Below are positions 29,495 to 41,100 of a stretch of 64,000 nt of DNA, in pieces. The stretch's first letter is position 1, and every line of letters begins with the position of its first letter. The stretch lies in the NCBI GenBank assembly GCA_963749655.1, contig CAVVOB010000012.1, positions 160,001-224,000 of the forward strand, written 5' to 3'. The stretch comes from Nitrospirota bacterium (GTDB lineage: Bacteria; Nitrospirota; UBA9217). A program made the translations under genes and the position numbers. The notes under the pieces were generated by a model. That model did no database searches. It was not told the origin of the DNA and worked only from the letters and a program-made list of their open reading frames with translations.

Positions 29495-29773
29495 ATGGGA
29501 GACACGAAAAAAATAGCGGTCATCGTCAGAGACCGGCCGGCAGAGGCGCTCCGCGTTGCGGGCGGACTCACGCTGGCTGACGACACCATCGAGGTCTTTG
29601 TCCTCGACGGAAAGCTTGAGAAGGAGAAGGCCGAGGTCGCGATGCCGCTCGAACTGGTGACGGATCTCGACCTGAAAGTGTATTCCAATAATGCGGCGAA
29701 CGGCTATGCGACAATCACCCTGGAGGAGATGGCAAAAAAGCTCCTTGAGTACGATGTCGTGGTCCCGTATTGA
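29495..29773 (+). CDS. DsrF/TusC-like conserved protein
   Basis: KKIAVIVRDRPAEALR...LLEYDVVVPY. Confidence 0.8.
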   Translation: MGDTKKIAVIVRDRPAEALRVAGGLTLADDTIEVFVLDGKLEKEKAEVAMPLELVTDLDLKVYSNNAANGYATITLEEMAKKLLEYDVVVPY

Positions 29774-29795
29774 GCGTGACGAAGGAGATGAGACG

Positions 29796-29966
29796 GTGAA
29801 AATACTTCACATCCTGAAAAAAGCGCCGGACGCGAGCACCCGGAAGATCATTGAGCTCCAGTCGGCCGGCAATGAAGTCAAAACGATCGAGCTGTACAAG
29901 GGCGGCGTGGCCTACGACAAGCTGGTGGCCGACGCGTTCGCCTTTGACAAGGTTTTCTGCTGGTAA
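29796..29966 (+). CDS. Small DsrH/TusB-like conserved protein
   Basis: GTG start, KILHI...YDKLVADAFAFDKVFCW; AAGGAG RBS. Confidence 0.75.
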   Translation: MKILHILKKAPDASTRKIIELQSAGNEVKTIELYKGGVAYDKLVADAFAFDKVFCW

Positions 29967-30250
29967 GGTACATCGTCAGTGCGATCCCGGGGGCGTGAGC
30001 GTTGCTGAGGGGAACAGAGGTGTGATCTGCGCACAGGCGGGAAGCCGGCGCGGTCCTGATTTACGCTTACCGGAGATTATGGTTTACCTGCATCAATCCT
30101 GTTGTACTCTCACCTGAAAGCCGGGAACCGGAATTTTTTTCCTTTCCTGATAATAATGTATGACAGCAGCCGTGCCGGTGGCGCCGATACAGGCAGGAGA
30201 AGGTGCGACCTGTCTTTCGGTTCCGCGGGATTGCTTTTTTTCCTTTCATC

Positions 30251-30335
30251 GCTGTATCAAATGCCACAGCCGGACCATCCTCAATTCAACAACGCGTTGA
30301 TTTTTAAGCGCTCTAAGAATGGCAATCCTATTGCA
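30251..30335 (+). promoter_or_regulatory. sigma54 promoter with upstream activator-like palindrome
   Basis: TGGCAATCCTATTGCA at 30320 (GG-N10-GC); GCTGT-N10-ACAGC at 30251-30270. Confidence 0.6.
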
Positions 30336-30483
30336 ATATCACGGCGAGATGTTTAACCACGGATAAGCGCGGATGTGCTTGACCTTGTTACCCTGTGGTT
30401 TCAAATGCCGCTTTCAGGATTGTTTTATTCTGGAAGACCGGGTGAGCCCTTGTCGCGGGCGAGTTTGTCCTTGGAGGTCATCA

Positions 30484-31410
30484 ATGCAGTGCAGAACCTG
30501 CAGCACCATGAATGATGCCGACGCCGTTTACTGTATTGAATGCGGCAGTCCGCTTGCCGGCAAACAGCAGAACGGGCTTCGGAAGCAGCGAGGGCCCTAC
30601 TGGTACGCCCTGCTCTTTGTGCCGGTCATTCTGATCGCCGTTGCCGTGGGATATTACAAGTTCTTCCTGCCCGACGGCGTGGCCGCGGAAGTGAACAGCG
30701 AATCGATCAGGATGTCGGAACTTAATGCGGCTGTTGCCCGCATGCAACAGGGGAGTTCGGGATCTCCGTGGCTCCGGTACCAGGCCCTGAACGAGTTGAT
30801 CACCGAGCGGCTCGTGATGCAGGAGGCTGAGAAGGCGGGGATCAGGGCATCCCGGGACGAGGTTTCCGCGGCAGTTGACGAAGCCCGCCGGCAGTCAGGG
30901 TTCGACCAGGGGACGTTCGGCAGGGAAATCACCTCCCGCTACGGCAGCATGCATGAATACGAGCGTTTCCTGGAGCGACGCATCACGATCAACCGTATGA
31001 TCGCAGAAAAGGTAATTCCCCGCGGGGCTGATGCTCAGACTTCCCGCAAGGCAGTGAGCCAATGGCTGCAGAAGCTTTCCGGAAGTGCTTCGATAAGGAT
31101 CGCCCTTGCCGAACAGATGCCGAGTACTGGCTGCGGCTGTAGTTCCGGGCCAGGGGACAAAACCGGACAGGGGCACGGCATGCCGTCCCGCGGTTGCGCC
31201 ATGTCGGCCAAGGCGCAGGATTCCGCAGTCTCCGACTCCCTTATGCCGGCAAAGGAAGCAGGTCTTCGCTACTGGCATGAGAAGCACGGGCCCGGGGAAA
31301 TTTCGGCGCGGGCAGCGGACTTCGGCTGTCACATCCAGGTCGACATCGTAGAAAACGGGAAAATCATCGCTTCCCTCCGGTATCAGGACGGGAACATATC
31401 TGGACTGTGA
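30484..31410 (+). CDS. Zinc-ribbon, TM and SurA-N-like protein with Cys-rich C-terminus
   Basis: CRTC..CIECG; AAEVN/ALNELI SurA-like segment; GCGC, GC and DFGCH motifs. Confidence 0.75.
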   Translation: MQCRTCSTMNDADAVYCIECGSPLAGKQQNGLRKQRGPYWYALLFVPVILIAVAVGYYKFFLPDGVAAEVNSESIRMSELNAAVARMQQGSSGSPWLRYQALNELITERLVMQEAEKAGIRASRDEVSAAVDEARRQSGFDQGTFGREITSRYGSMHEYERFLERRITINRMIAEKVIPRGADAQTSRKAVSQWLQKLSGSASIRIALAEQMPSTGCGCSSGPGDKTGQGHGMPSRGCAMSAKAQDSAVSDSLMPAKEAGLRYWHEKHGPGEISARAADFGCHIQVDIVENGKIIASLRYQDGNISGL

Positions 31411-31631
31411 CACCACAGAGAGCACCGAGGAATGGCCGGGAAGACATAAAACGCCAAGGGATGAATTCGTTAAATAGGGTGTTCTCCTCTCACGACCAAA
31501 GGCCGAGCGAAAAGGACTATTGGGATGAGGACTCAGGGGATATGATTTCAGTTTTTCATCAACTCAGAAATTTCTCAGTGAACTCTGTGGTTTGATTTTG
31601 ATACTGCGAAATTGTAGAAAAGGAGATTGTT

Positions 31632-32259
31632 ATGAGCAAATGCAGCAAGTGTGGAGCGGACATGAAGGAGCAGGCAAAGTTCTGCAAAGCCTGCGGTACG
31701 GGTACGGACCTGGACAAGAAGAAGGCCCGCATTATGGCCGAAGAGAACCGGTGGAAGAAACCCCTTTTGATCGCAGCAGCACTGGTTCTTGTGTTAGGGG
31801 GCGCCTGGATTGCGAAGGGCGCTTATATGGCGAATAAGATGGGAGGCCGTCCCATGTTTGCGCCGCACCGCGACGCGTCCCTCAGATTGTCGAATGCCAT
31901 GGTGGTCAAGGATGAGAACGGAAACATCGCGATTCCTCTTACGGCTCTCGATGACGGCAAGGCCCACTTTTTATGCTTTGGCCGCAGGCGGCAAGACGAT
32001 CACCTTTTTCGCTATGAAAGCTTCGGACGGCAGCATTCGGACCGCCTTTGATGCCTGCACGGCCTGCAACCACGCAAAGCTCGGCTACCGTCAGGAAGGC
32101 GGGGTGGTCGTATGCAATAACTGCGGCATGGGCTTCGAGCCCGCGGATGTCGGTAAAGTGACCGGCGGATGCAGCCCGATCCCGGTCAACAAGACTATGG
32201 ACGGCAAGATGCTGGTGCTCAGGACCAGCGACCTCGAAGCAGGGGCGCAGTATTTTTAA
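31632..32259 (+). CDS. Zinc-ribbon plus DUF2318 (membrane Fe-S) protein (frameshift in T-run near 31970)
   Basis: CSKC..CKAC; FDACTAC, VCNNCG and GGCSP motifs. Confidence 0.8.
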
Positions 32260-32414
32260 TGCGGAATGCGGAGTTCGGAATGCGGAATGCGAAATGAAAC
32301 CATCCGAAACCCAGTAGATTGAACCGCGAAGGCGCAAAGGTCGCAAGGAAGGCAAAACATTGTTCAGGTAATGAGGGATTTTCGTTTTCCTCGCGTCCCT
32401 CGCGACTTTGCGGT
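32258..32414. repeat. Heptamer tandem repeat (AATGCGG x5) followed by a 9-bp-unit inverted repeat element
   Basis: AATGCGG AATGCGG AGTTCGG AATGCGG AATGCGA; ACCGCGAAGGCGCAAAGGTCGC ... CGCGACTTTGCGGT. Confidence 0.7.
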
Positions 32415-32442
32415 AAAAATTTTTCATTTGTTTGAGGTCCCT

Positions 32443-33607
32443 ATGAAGCTTCTCGATATTTCTCTGAACAACCTGCTCCGGAAAAAAGGGCGGACCTTCT
32501 TCCTGGTGTCCGGCCTTGCCATCGGCATCGGCGCAGCGGTGGCCATGACCTCGGTGGGCGATGCCATGAACAAGGAGGTCATGCACGCTCTCGACGAGTT
32601 CGGGGCCAACATCCTGGTGCTTCCCGCTTCTGAGGGGCTTCCTCTTTCTTACGGCGGGCTGACGGTGTCTGCGGTGAACACCGGCGGCCGCGAGCTTACG
32701 ATGCGCGACGTGGAGGCCATTGGGACCATAAAGAACAGGCAGAACATAAGCACGATCGCGCCGAAGCTGCTCGTGCAGACCGAGGTGAAGGGAACGAAGG
32801 TGCTGTTGGCCGGCGTGAACTTCACGGCTGAGCAGCGATTGAAAAAATGGTGGCGTGTTGCCGCGGGAATGACGCCGCGTGTGCCGGGAGAGGCATTGAT
32901 CGGCAAGGATGCCGCAGCCCGGCTGCATCTCGCGCCCGGAGACAGCGTCGCGATCCCGGGAGGAAGTCTGCGGATCTCGGGCGTGCTCGACACCACAGGG
33001 TCACAGGACGACGGCCTGTTGTTTGCCGACCTTGCCTGGGTTCAGCAGCACTTCGGGAAGGGAAACGCCGTGAGCCTGATCGAGCTGTCGGCCCTCTGCA
33101 GCGGCTGTCCGATCGAGGACATGGTCGGGCAGGTGAACAGCGCGCTTCCCGGCGTCGCGTGCGGTCGCGGTCAAGGAGACCGTGGAGCTCAAGATGCAGG
33201 CCATGCACTACTTTCACAAATTTTCGCTCGGCATCTCGGCGCTTCTTTTGATCGTGGCGGGAATGATCATCTTCTTCGCCATGACCGCATCGGTGAAGGA
33301 GCGCGTCCAGGAGATCGGCCTGTTCCGCGCCATCGGCTTCAGGACCGGACATATTATCCAGGTGCTCCTGACCGAAGCGTTCATCGTGAGCCTGCTCGCG
33401 GGCCTTGTGGGGTACGGGATCGGCGTGGTCAGCCCGCGCTTCGTCGCGCCTTATCTCATGAGGGCTTACCGTCTCACGTTCGAGTTCGATCCGGTCCTTG
33501 CCGCCGGTTCTCTTGCCGCGTCAGTCGCCGTGGGGCTCCTCGCAAGCATCTACCCCGCGGTCCGCGCGGGGCGGCTCGATCCGGTCGAGGCGCTGAAAGC
33601 TCTGTAA
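32443..33607 (+). CDS. ABC transporter permease (frameshift near 33160)
   Basis: NNLLRKKGRT, FGANILV, LCSGCP, ERVQEIGLFRAIG, LDPVEAL. Confidence 0.88.
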
Positions 33608-33638
33608 AAAAGGCAGAGAGCAGAGAGACCAAGGGCAG

Positions 33639-33733
33639 TTATGAGTGCTTAGTTTTGAGTTTGTAGTTTTTAGTTTCGAGTCGGAAGATAACAGCGGAAT
33701 AACTAAAAACTCACGACTCACGACTAAAAACTG
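33639..33733. repeat. Heptamer-based inverted repeat (AGTTTTT/AAAAACT type)
   Basis: TTAGTTTTGAGTTTGTAGTTTTTAGTT ... AACTAAAAACTCACGACTCACGACTAAAAACT. Confidence 0.6.
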
Positions 33734-33785
33734 AATTTTATCATGCTATGCTCTATGCACTATGCAGATTTCAGGGAGTGACGAG

Positions 33786-34451
33786 ATGTCCTTTATAGAA
33801 TTGCAGAATGTCGTAAAAAAATTTCATGCCGGAGACGAGGAGTACGCTGCGCTCAAAGGCGTTTCGCTCGGCATCGACTCCGGCGAGTTCGTCGCTGTCA
33901 TGGGCCCGTCGGGCTCCGGGAAGAGCACCCTGCTGTCTCTGATCGGCGGTTTGAGCCGGGCATCGGCAGGCATTGTGGCGATCGACGGCATCGATCTCGG
34001 CAGCCTCGGCCCGAACAAGCTTTCCGATTTCCGGCGCGAGTACCTCGGGTTCGTGTTCCAGTCCTTTTATCTCGTGCCCTATCTCACCGCTGTCGAGAAC
34101 GTCATGCTCCCTCTCGCGATCCAGCCCGGGGTGAACGGAACAGCCCGGGGAAGGGCGTTGGAGGCCCTGGCCCGTGTGGGGCTGGAGGCCAAGGCAGGAC
34201 GTTTGCCGTCCCAGCTTTCCGGCGGGGAACAGGAGCGCGTCGCGATCGCGCGCGCCATCGTGAACGGCCCGGCCTTGATCCTTGCCGACGAGCCCACGGG
34301 GAACCTCGACACGAAGACGGGCAACAAGGTGCTCGATATGCTCGAGTCTCTTCATGCGGAAGGCAGGACGATCGTGATGGTAACGCACAGCGAGGAGAAT
34401 GCGAAGCGCGCAGGCAGGACTGTCGAGATCAGGGATGGAGAAGTCGTGTAA
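33786..34451 (+). CDS. ABC transporter ATP-binding protein
   Basis: [26 protein letters not shown]. Confidence 0.95.
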   Translation: MSFIELQNVVKKFHAGDEEYAALKGVSLGIDSGEFVAVMGPSGSGKSTLLSLIGGLSRASAGIVAIDGIDLGSLGPNKLSDFRREYLGFVFQSFYLVPYLTAVENVMLPLAIQPGVNGTARGRALEALARVGLEAKAGRLPSQLSGGEQERVAIARAIVNGPALILADEPTGNLDTKTGNKVLDMLESLHAEGRTIVMVTHSEENAKRAGRTVEIRDGEVV

Positions 34452-34848
34452 CGGTCATCAACGACGACAGCGCCGTTGCCTCACGTTTCTCCCCGCCTTT
34501 CCTTCCGCTTTCCTCCAACACGCCTGCGACCAGGTTGAATAGGTCCTGGTCCATTCCTCCCGCACGCATTTCGAACTGTCTGATGAGGTCGCTGAAGGGC
34601 GCTGCTCCGTCCGGCACAAGGATCGGGCTGCGGTTCTCGAGCGGCATTGTCTCGCCGCTGTCGATCCGGTGGTGTTCTGCTCCCGTTTCCCTGCGCCAGG
34701 TCAGCGCGTGTTCGTTCCTTCCCCGGTCATAGCAAAGCTGGAATCCGCTGATCCGCTCCGCGTCGTCATACCAGACGATCAAGTCGAAGTAGTCGTCGCC
34801 GAACCACCGCCGCTTTTTGTCTTTCCCGCCGCGATATTCTCTGAGCAT
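34429..34848 (-). CDS. Conserved hypothetical protein
   Basis: RRWFGDDYFDLIVW..GFQLCYD..EHALTW globular sequence; GGAG absent, start uncertain. Confidence 0.65.
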   Translation of the reverse strand: MLREYRGGKDKKRRWFGDDYFDLIVWYDDAERISGFQLCYDRGRNEHALTWRRETGAEHHRIDSGETMPLENRSPILVPDGAAPFSDLIRQFEMRAGGMDQDLFNLVAGVLEESGRKGGEKREATALSSLMTVTRLLHP

Positions 34849-34923
34849 TGTTTTGGGAGTTTTGCTGATAAGGAAGAAGGGTCGCGTCGCAGGAATCATG
34901 GATGTTCTGCGGCGCAGGGGCTG

Positions 34924-35571
34924 TCAGAATTCGAAGAGGAGTCCGCCTACGATGGTCGTGCCGCCGAGATCGACTTTGCCGGCGTCGGTCATGACCGTTG
35001 CCTTGATGTACTCCGATTCGATGAAGAGATAGGTATGGTAGACGCCGTAGTCCCGGTACATGTTGTTCGCTGCGTCCATGTCCAGGTTGTCGAGCAGCAG
35101 CTGTACGCCGCCCCGCAGATTGTAACCGTCCGCCTTGCCGTTCACCGTGCCTTGCGCTTCCACTTTTTGCGTGTAGTAGATCCGGGTGAGTCCGCCTCCG
35201 ATGTAGGGGACCAGGAACTGTGATTCATCGAACACGCCGCGCAGGAGCACAAAGAGGTCGAGGGGATAGGCCGTATACTTCACGTTCCCTGACAAGCTCC
35301 CGTGTAAAGGCGCAGTTGCCTGGCCGCTTGCCTCCATCATGCCGCCTGAGACGCCTGCTTCGACCATGCGGTGGAGCTTGTAGGCCAGGGAGATCCCGTA
35401 GACCGGCATTTCTTTCTTGCCGTAGTATTTCTCCCAGTTGTCAAGGGAGGGAGTGAATTGGCCGCCCTTCAGTTCGAGGGACCATTTGGGTTCTCCGAGA
35501 AGAGATTCATCGGCGGCAAAGGCCGCGGCCGGTATGAGGATCAGCGCCAACAGCAGAATAAGATTTTTCAC
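34924..35571 (-). CDS. Outer membrane beta-barrel (MXAN_2562-like)
   Basis: Signal peptide, LVPYIGGG, LLLDNLD..YGVYHTY, C-terminal FEF; follows a CFI-box protein. Confidence 0.8.
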   Translation of the reverse strand: MKNLILLLALILIPAAAFAADESLLGEPKWSLELKGGQFTPSLDNWEKYYGKKEMPVYGISLAYKLHRMVEAGVSGGMMEASGQATAPLHGSLSGNVKYTAYPLDLFVLLRGVFDESQFLVPYIGGGLTRIYYTQKVEAQGTVNGKADGYNLRGGVQLLLDNLDMDAANNMYRDYGVYHTYLFIESEYIKATVMTDAGKVDLGGTTIVGGLLFEF

Positions 35572-35651
35572 CGAGAACCTCCGGGGCTGCGAAGTGTCTT
35601 TTGAAAATAGAACGATTCCCTGTTGACCATGCGACCGTCGAACAGAAGCGT

Positions 35652-37465
35652 TTACTCAGGTCTGACCGGATGTGCGGCAGACATCCGTTTTCTGCTGATC
35701 ACGATTCCCGCAAGCAGAAGGAGCATTACGAATACAACGGTCTTGATCAGGAGCGATGTCCGCGTCATGAAAGAGCGCGGCGCCGACAAGAGGCATCAGC
35801 CCGGCCCGGACCGCTGGTTTGAGCCCGGGATGGGCGTTCAGCCATGCTGCGGCGTCGGGGCTATATTTATAATAGAAGTTTACGAACGCCCTGCCGATGC
35901 TGTTGGTGGCCAGGTATCGGTCGCGGAATGCTCGTAAAGCCTGCACCTGTGGTGCGGAGTAGAAGCCATAGGCCGCTGTTGCAATGAAGCAGCCCTGGCC
36001 CGTGCTCGGCAGGTTTGGGTAGGCTACAAGCGCTTCGGGAAAATCTTCCCACTGATTCGATGCCGGGCTCCATTCGGTGGTCTCCGAGCTGTGCGACTAA
36101 TTCACCGGAATATGAGCTTTCATGTTCGATGCCGGGCGTGAAAGTCGGACCGTATTTGTCAATTGCGGTTACCGCGATATAATAGTTGGCTTGAGAGTAG
36201 GCGTAGACGAGCATTTTGTATTTCACGCCATTTGTCAGACCTGTGATGGGATAGGAGGTATCAGTAGTTGTGGCATAGCTGGCAGTGGCTGTTGTGATCA
36301 GGTCGGTAGTAAAATCAGAGACCTGCCAGAGAACAAGGTAGCCTGTCGCACCCGAAACAGCATCCCAGGAAAGGACAAGACTTCCGTTCAGGACTTGCGA
36401 TGTTGTGATCGTAGGTCCAGTGGAAAGCGGCGTTGCGGTTGCAGTGAGGCCGCTCAGGACTGCGCTTGTTCCCGTCACGGTGATGGGGGAGGCGCCTTCG
36501 GCAGCATCCGTTCCAGTGTACACTCCTGAAGAGGTCCCGTAGTAAACGTGGTAGCCGCCCAGGCGATAGTCAGTGTTTGCGGTCCATGTCAACGAAACGG
36601 AATTGGTGGTTTCTACTGAACCGGTCAGACCCGAGACTAGAATCATGATCGTGTCCGCATCCCCTCCGCCGTATGCGCCGATGTCGCTCGTTGTATTGTC
36701 GAATGAATTTGGGTATTGTGAAAAGTTCCCCGTGGCAATGCACGGAGACCCGGTTGTCAGATGAAAGTCCCCGCCCGTTTGGCTGACGACAGAGGGATTG
36801 GTATTAATGTTGTGATAGGTAGTGTCAGGGGTTGAAAACGTAAAGCCGTTCGTCCCGTTGCCGTAAAAGTCGTTATAGGTCACCTTGGTGAGCGAGACAC
36901 TTGGCGCAATCGCCGTGGTGTTGGACAGGAATATATTATTGATAATATCGATGTCGACGCTGGTGCTGATCGCGGTCGTGTTGTTGTAAAAAACATTGTT
37001 CACGATGCGGGAACCGGTGCTTGCAATCTGTATTGCCGTAGTCAGCGAGTCGAAAATATTGCTCGTAACGTCCAGGCTTGCCCCGCTCTGGATATCGATC
37101 ACGGACGAGCTTGTCAAAAAGAACCTCGAAAAGGTGGACGAGCCGGAGGCCGCGGTGACGGTCCCGGACAGGAATGTCCTGGCAGCTTCGCGGCCCCGCA
37201 CGCTGATTCCCTGAAGGTTGAGCGATTCGGTATACGAACCCGGCTCCACCAGCACGGACAAGCTGGACGTGGAATTAGTGACTGCCGTGTCAATGGCTGC
37301 TTGAATGTTACAGTACGTCGACGTGGTCGTTGACGCTGCAGAGATGCAGTTAGCAGTATCCGCCTGGTTGACGATGATATCGGCCGCCCGCGCCGTGCTC
37401 GATAGGAATGCAGAAAGGAGTGTAATAGCCACTACTGACAGGAACAGGATCCGAAATGGTTTCAT
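35652..37465 (-). CDS. Exported beta-helix / FN3 protein with CFI-box-CTERM domain (frameshifts near 36070 and 35770)
   Basis: Signal peptide, IVNNVF/IINNIF repeats, DFHL..SPCI..DIGAYGG, FN3-like W/Y pattern; GCFIATAAYG..LRAFRD in the shifted frame. Confidence 0.8.
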
Positions 37466-37768
37466 CTTTTTATCCCCCGCATGGTCAGCTAAAAATACAT
37501 GAATATCTCTGGAATGTCAATGAGAAAGCTCCTCCAAACCCTCAGTGCAGTGATGTTCCGCAACAGTTCTTTATCTCCATTCACCGGAACCGTTGGACAA
37601 GCAGCAGCGTACGATCGGTCGTTCGTGGAATCACCAGGTACGCAAAGAATAGCAGCAGCGAAAATCAGTTTAGAGGCAGTCTTATGCTGCAAATCTCTTG
37701 TATAAGCGTTGGATATTTTTTGTTAAACAGTTAAAGAGGCGCCGCCTTATACCGATAAGATATGTACT

Positions 37769-37802
37769 CCCCTTCACTCGGCCCTCTCCCTTGGGGAGAG
37801 GG
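37769..37802. repeat. REP-like palindrome (CCCTCTCCC..GGGAGAGGG)
   Basis: CCCCTTCACTCGGCCCTCTCCCTTGGGGAGAGGG. Confidence 0.6.
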
Positions 37803-38122
37803 AGTTTTTTTGTTTCCCCTCTTTAATTACAGGTGAGTGGATTAAGATGAGCGGGTGGTTTAAGGATTATGCTGAATGTGCATGCTTCCCATGATTAAAA
37901 GATGCGAAGTCCTGCAACGACAAGAAAAAAAATAAAATGCATTTTTTAGTTGTTGGGGGTACTTCGTAAGTGCTATAATTTTCGTCGTACGGTTGCTTGC
38001 CTTCGGTCCGGGCCAGCGATTCCCCGGCAACGGGCGGACCATCCTCCTTCGATGGCCCCATAAGCACAATCCGTCCCACCCTGGGACGGGCGAAGCAAGT
38101 CCCAGTCTTTCCGGAGGTTCCT

Positions 38123-41100
38123 ATGTTTCGGCATTTCCTTTCTTTATCTTATCTGGTAATTTCACTCCTCGTGGTTGCTTCGAGCGCCCCGGCGTTCCAG
38201 CAGGTAGAGCTTGTGCGGGAGCTGGGAGGCAAAACCGCTGCCGCAGACCAGTGCCGCCTGAGCGGACCGCGCGGGATCGCCGTCGCCGGAGACAAGTATT
38301 ATGTCGCCGACACGGAAGCGCATCGTGTCGTTGTTCTCGACCGATCAGGGAAGGCGATCCGGACCTGGGGAGAGAAGGGGAGCAAGCCGGGACAGTTCAA
38401 GGAGCCCGCCGGGATCTCCGTTGACGAGCAGGGCAGGGTCTATGTCTCCGATACGGGCAACGACCGGATCCAGGTTTTTGACGCCGACGGCGCGTGGCTG
38501 CGCAGCTTCGGCGCCAGGGGCGAAGGCCCCCGGGAGTTCAATGCTCCTCTCGGCATACGGGCGTCGAGAGGCCTTCTCTATGTCGCCGACTCGGGCAACG
38601 GCCGCGTGGTCGTACTCACCAGCGGCGGTATCGCGCTCCAGAGGATCGCGGTCAAGGGCGAGAAGGACGCGATGAAGACGCCCGTCGACGTTGCGGTGGA
38701 CATCCGGAACCGGATCTATGTCCTTGATGCCGGAAGCAGCAATGTACGCATCTTCGAACCCTCGGGCGCGCAGGCCGGAGTTTTCGGCGCAAAGGGAAAA
38801 GGCGTTGAAGGATTTTCCGGGCCCGGCGGCATTGCTGTCGACGACCGCGGAAATATCTATATCGCAGACACCGGCAACTATAAGCTGAAAAAGTTTGACC
38901 AGAAGGGCACGCTGCTCGGTTGCCTCGGCAACGAAGGCCCGGGCCCGGGCCAGTTCCTCTCAAACAGCGGGCTCGCCGTGGACCAGGACCAGCGGGTCGT
39001 TGTGCTGGATGCGGCTAAGAACTCGATCCAGCTTTTCTCCTGGGAACGCGGCGACGCACAGCCACTTCAGGCGGCCTCACCCCTGCCCACAGTCGAGGTG
39101 CTTAAGGAAGTTCCCGGTGAAGTGAACGCCCTGGCCCCTGCAGGCCAGCGAGTCTGGACGATCGCAGGCGACTCCCTGGCGGCCCTCGGCATCACCGGCG
39201 GCAGACGGATCGGGAGCCGGGGGAGCGAACCGGGGAACATCAAGAGCGCCCGGGGCATTGCCGTTGACGCGCAGGGCGCCTTCTGGATCGCCGACACGGG
39301 CAATGACCGCGTGCAGAAGTTCGACCGCGAGGGAAACGGAGTGCTGATCGTCGGCAAGTCGGGCTCGGACGAAGGAGAATTCAAGTCGCCGTCGGGCATC
39401 TCCATCGGTCCGCGCGGCAGGCTCTACGTGGCCGACGCGAAGAACAAACGCATCCAGGTTTTCAATTCCCAGGGGATCTTTATCATCGCTTTCGGCAAGG
39501 CGGGCAAACTTGCCGGACAGTTCGGCGAGCCCGTGGACGTGGCCCTGGACAATGCGGGCGGCGTCTATATCGCGGATCGGGGCAATGACCGCATCGCGAA
39601 GTACGACGGCAACGGCGTCATGGTCTGGGAAAGCGGATCGACGGGAGTGCTCGACGGCCAGTTCAAGGGCCCTGAGAATATTCTCGTTGCGCCTGACGGC
39701 GAAATATATGTGCTCGATTCGGGCAACTCGCGGGTCCAGGTGTTCGACGACCGCGGAAAATATCTGAGGCAGTTCGGAAACGAAGGCCGTGAGGCCGGCG
39801 AATTCAGCTCGCCCCTCGGCATGTCGCTCCAGGACGGATACCGCCTCACGATCGGCGACCGGGGCAACAGGCGGGTGCAGGTCTTCGCGATCAGGAATAC
39901 GCCGGCGATCCCTTCGGACATTGCCGCCCAGGCACGGATGAACGAGGTGCAGGTGCGCTGGAAGCCGAACAGCGAGACCTTCTTCGAGAAGTACAACGTC
40001 TTCCGCGCCGACTCCGCAGAAGGCGAGTACAAACTGATCGGCTCGACCACGGACCCCTACTTTGTCGACAAGGGGCTTCCGAGCAACCGGACCTTCCATT
40101 ACCGCGTGAGCAGCAAGGCCCGCGAGGGACGGGAGAGCGCCCCTTCGGCGATCATCACGGCCGTCACGCCCAAGCTCATCCCCGCGCCGCCGAAGGCGGT
40201 CAGAGTCGCGGCGTCGGTGAAACAGATCACGTTGTCCTGGGTCCCGAACACCGAACCGTTCTTCAGCAACTATCATATCTATTGGTCCAAAAAGGACGAC
40301 GCCGGTTTCGAGTTCCTGGCGAGAGTGGACAAGACCATTTTCACGGACAGCCGGCTCGACGATGAGACGCAGTATTTCTACAGGATCACGGCCGTCGGGA
40401 AGGAGGGAGATGAAAGCGCACCCGGCGGCATTGTGTCCGAGACGACGCCGAAAGCTCCGCAGCTGACCCCTCCGTCGAGATCACGGGAGCGGCCATGGAG
40501 GAGATCTACGCATCCTCCTATAAATACTACGAGTCCCATCCCCTGGGCAAGGTCGCCATCATCGACGATACGGACATGCCGCTTACGCCGGTCAAGCTCA
40601 GCTTCTCGATCAAGAACTACATGGATTTCCCGACGGAGCAGGTCATCGATATGCCCGCGAAGCAGCAGCTGGACGTTCCGATCAAGGCGGTGTTCAACAA
40701 CATGATCCTCGACGTGACGGAAAACACCGCGCTGCAGACCGAGATCGCCATCACCTACTACCTCGACGGCGAGCCGAAGACCGTGACGCGCAGCTTCCCG
40801 ATGATGCTCTTCGAGCGGCACGCCATGGTGTGGGACAAGAAAACCAAGCTGGGCGCTTTCGTGACCCCGAAGGACCCGCCGGTGGTGGAGTTTGCGAGGG
40901 CCGCGATCCTCCCCTACGTGGACACGAACACCAGTCTCCCTCAGTCTATCGTTTATGGGCGTAGCATCTACGGAGGGCTCGGGGCCTACGGCCTCGCCTA
41001 CGTCGTGGACCCGTCGAGTCCCTTTGCGCAATTTTCGGAACGGACCGGGGCCGTTGATTACCTGGAGTATCTCCCCCGCGACACGCTCGCGCGGAAGGGC

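Noticed and set aside
37489-37692. 67-aa minus-strand ORF upstream of the CFI-box gene
   Set aside because: TTG start, weak RBS and no recognisable motif; cannot be supported.
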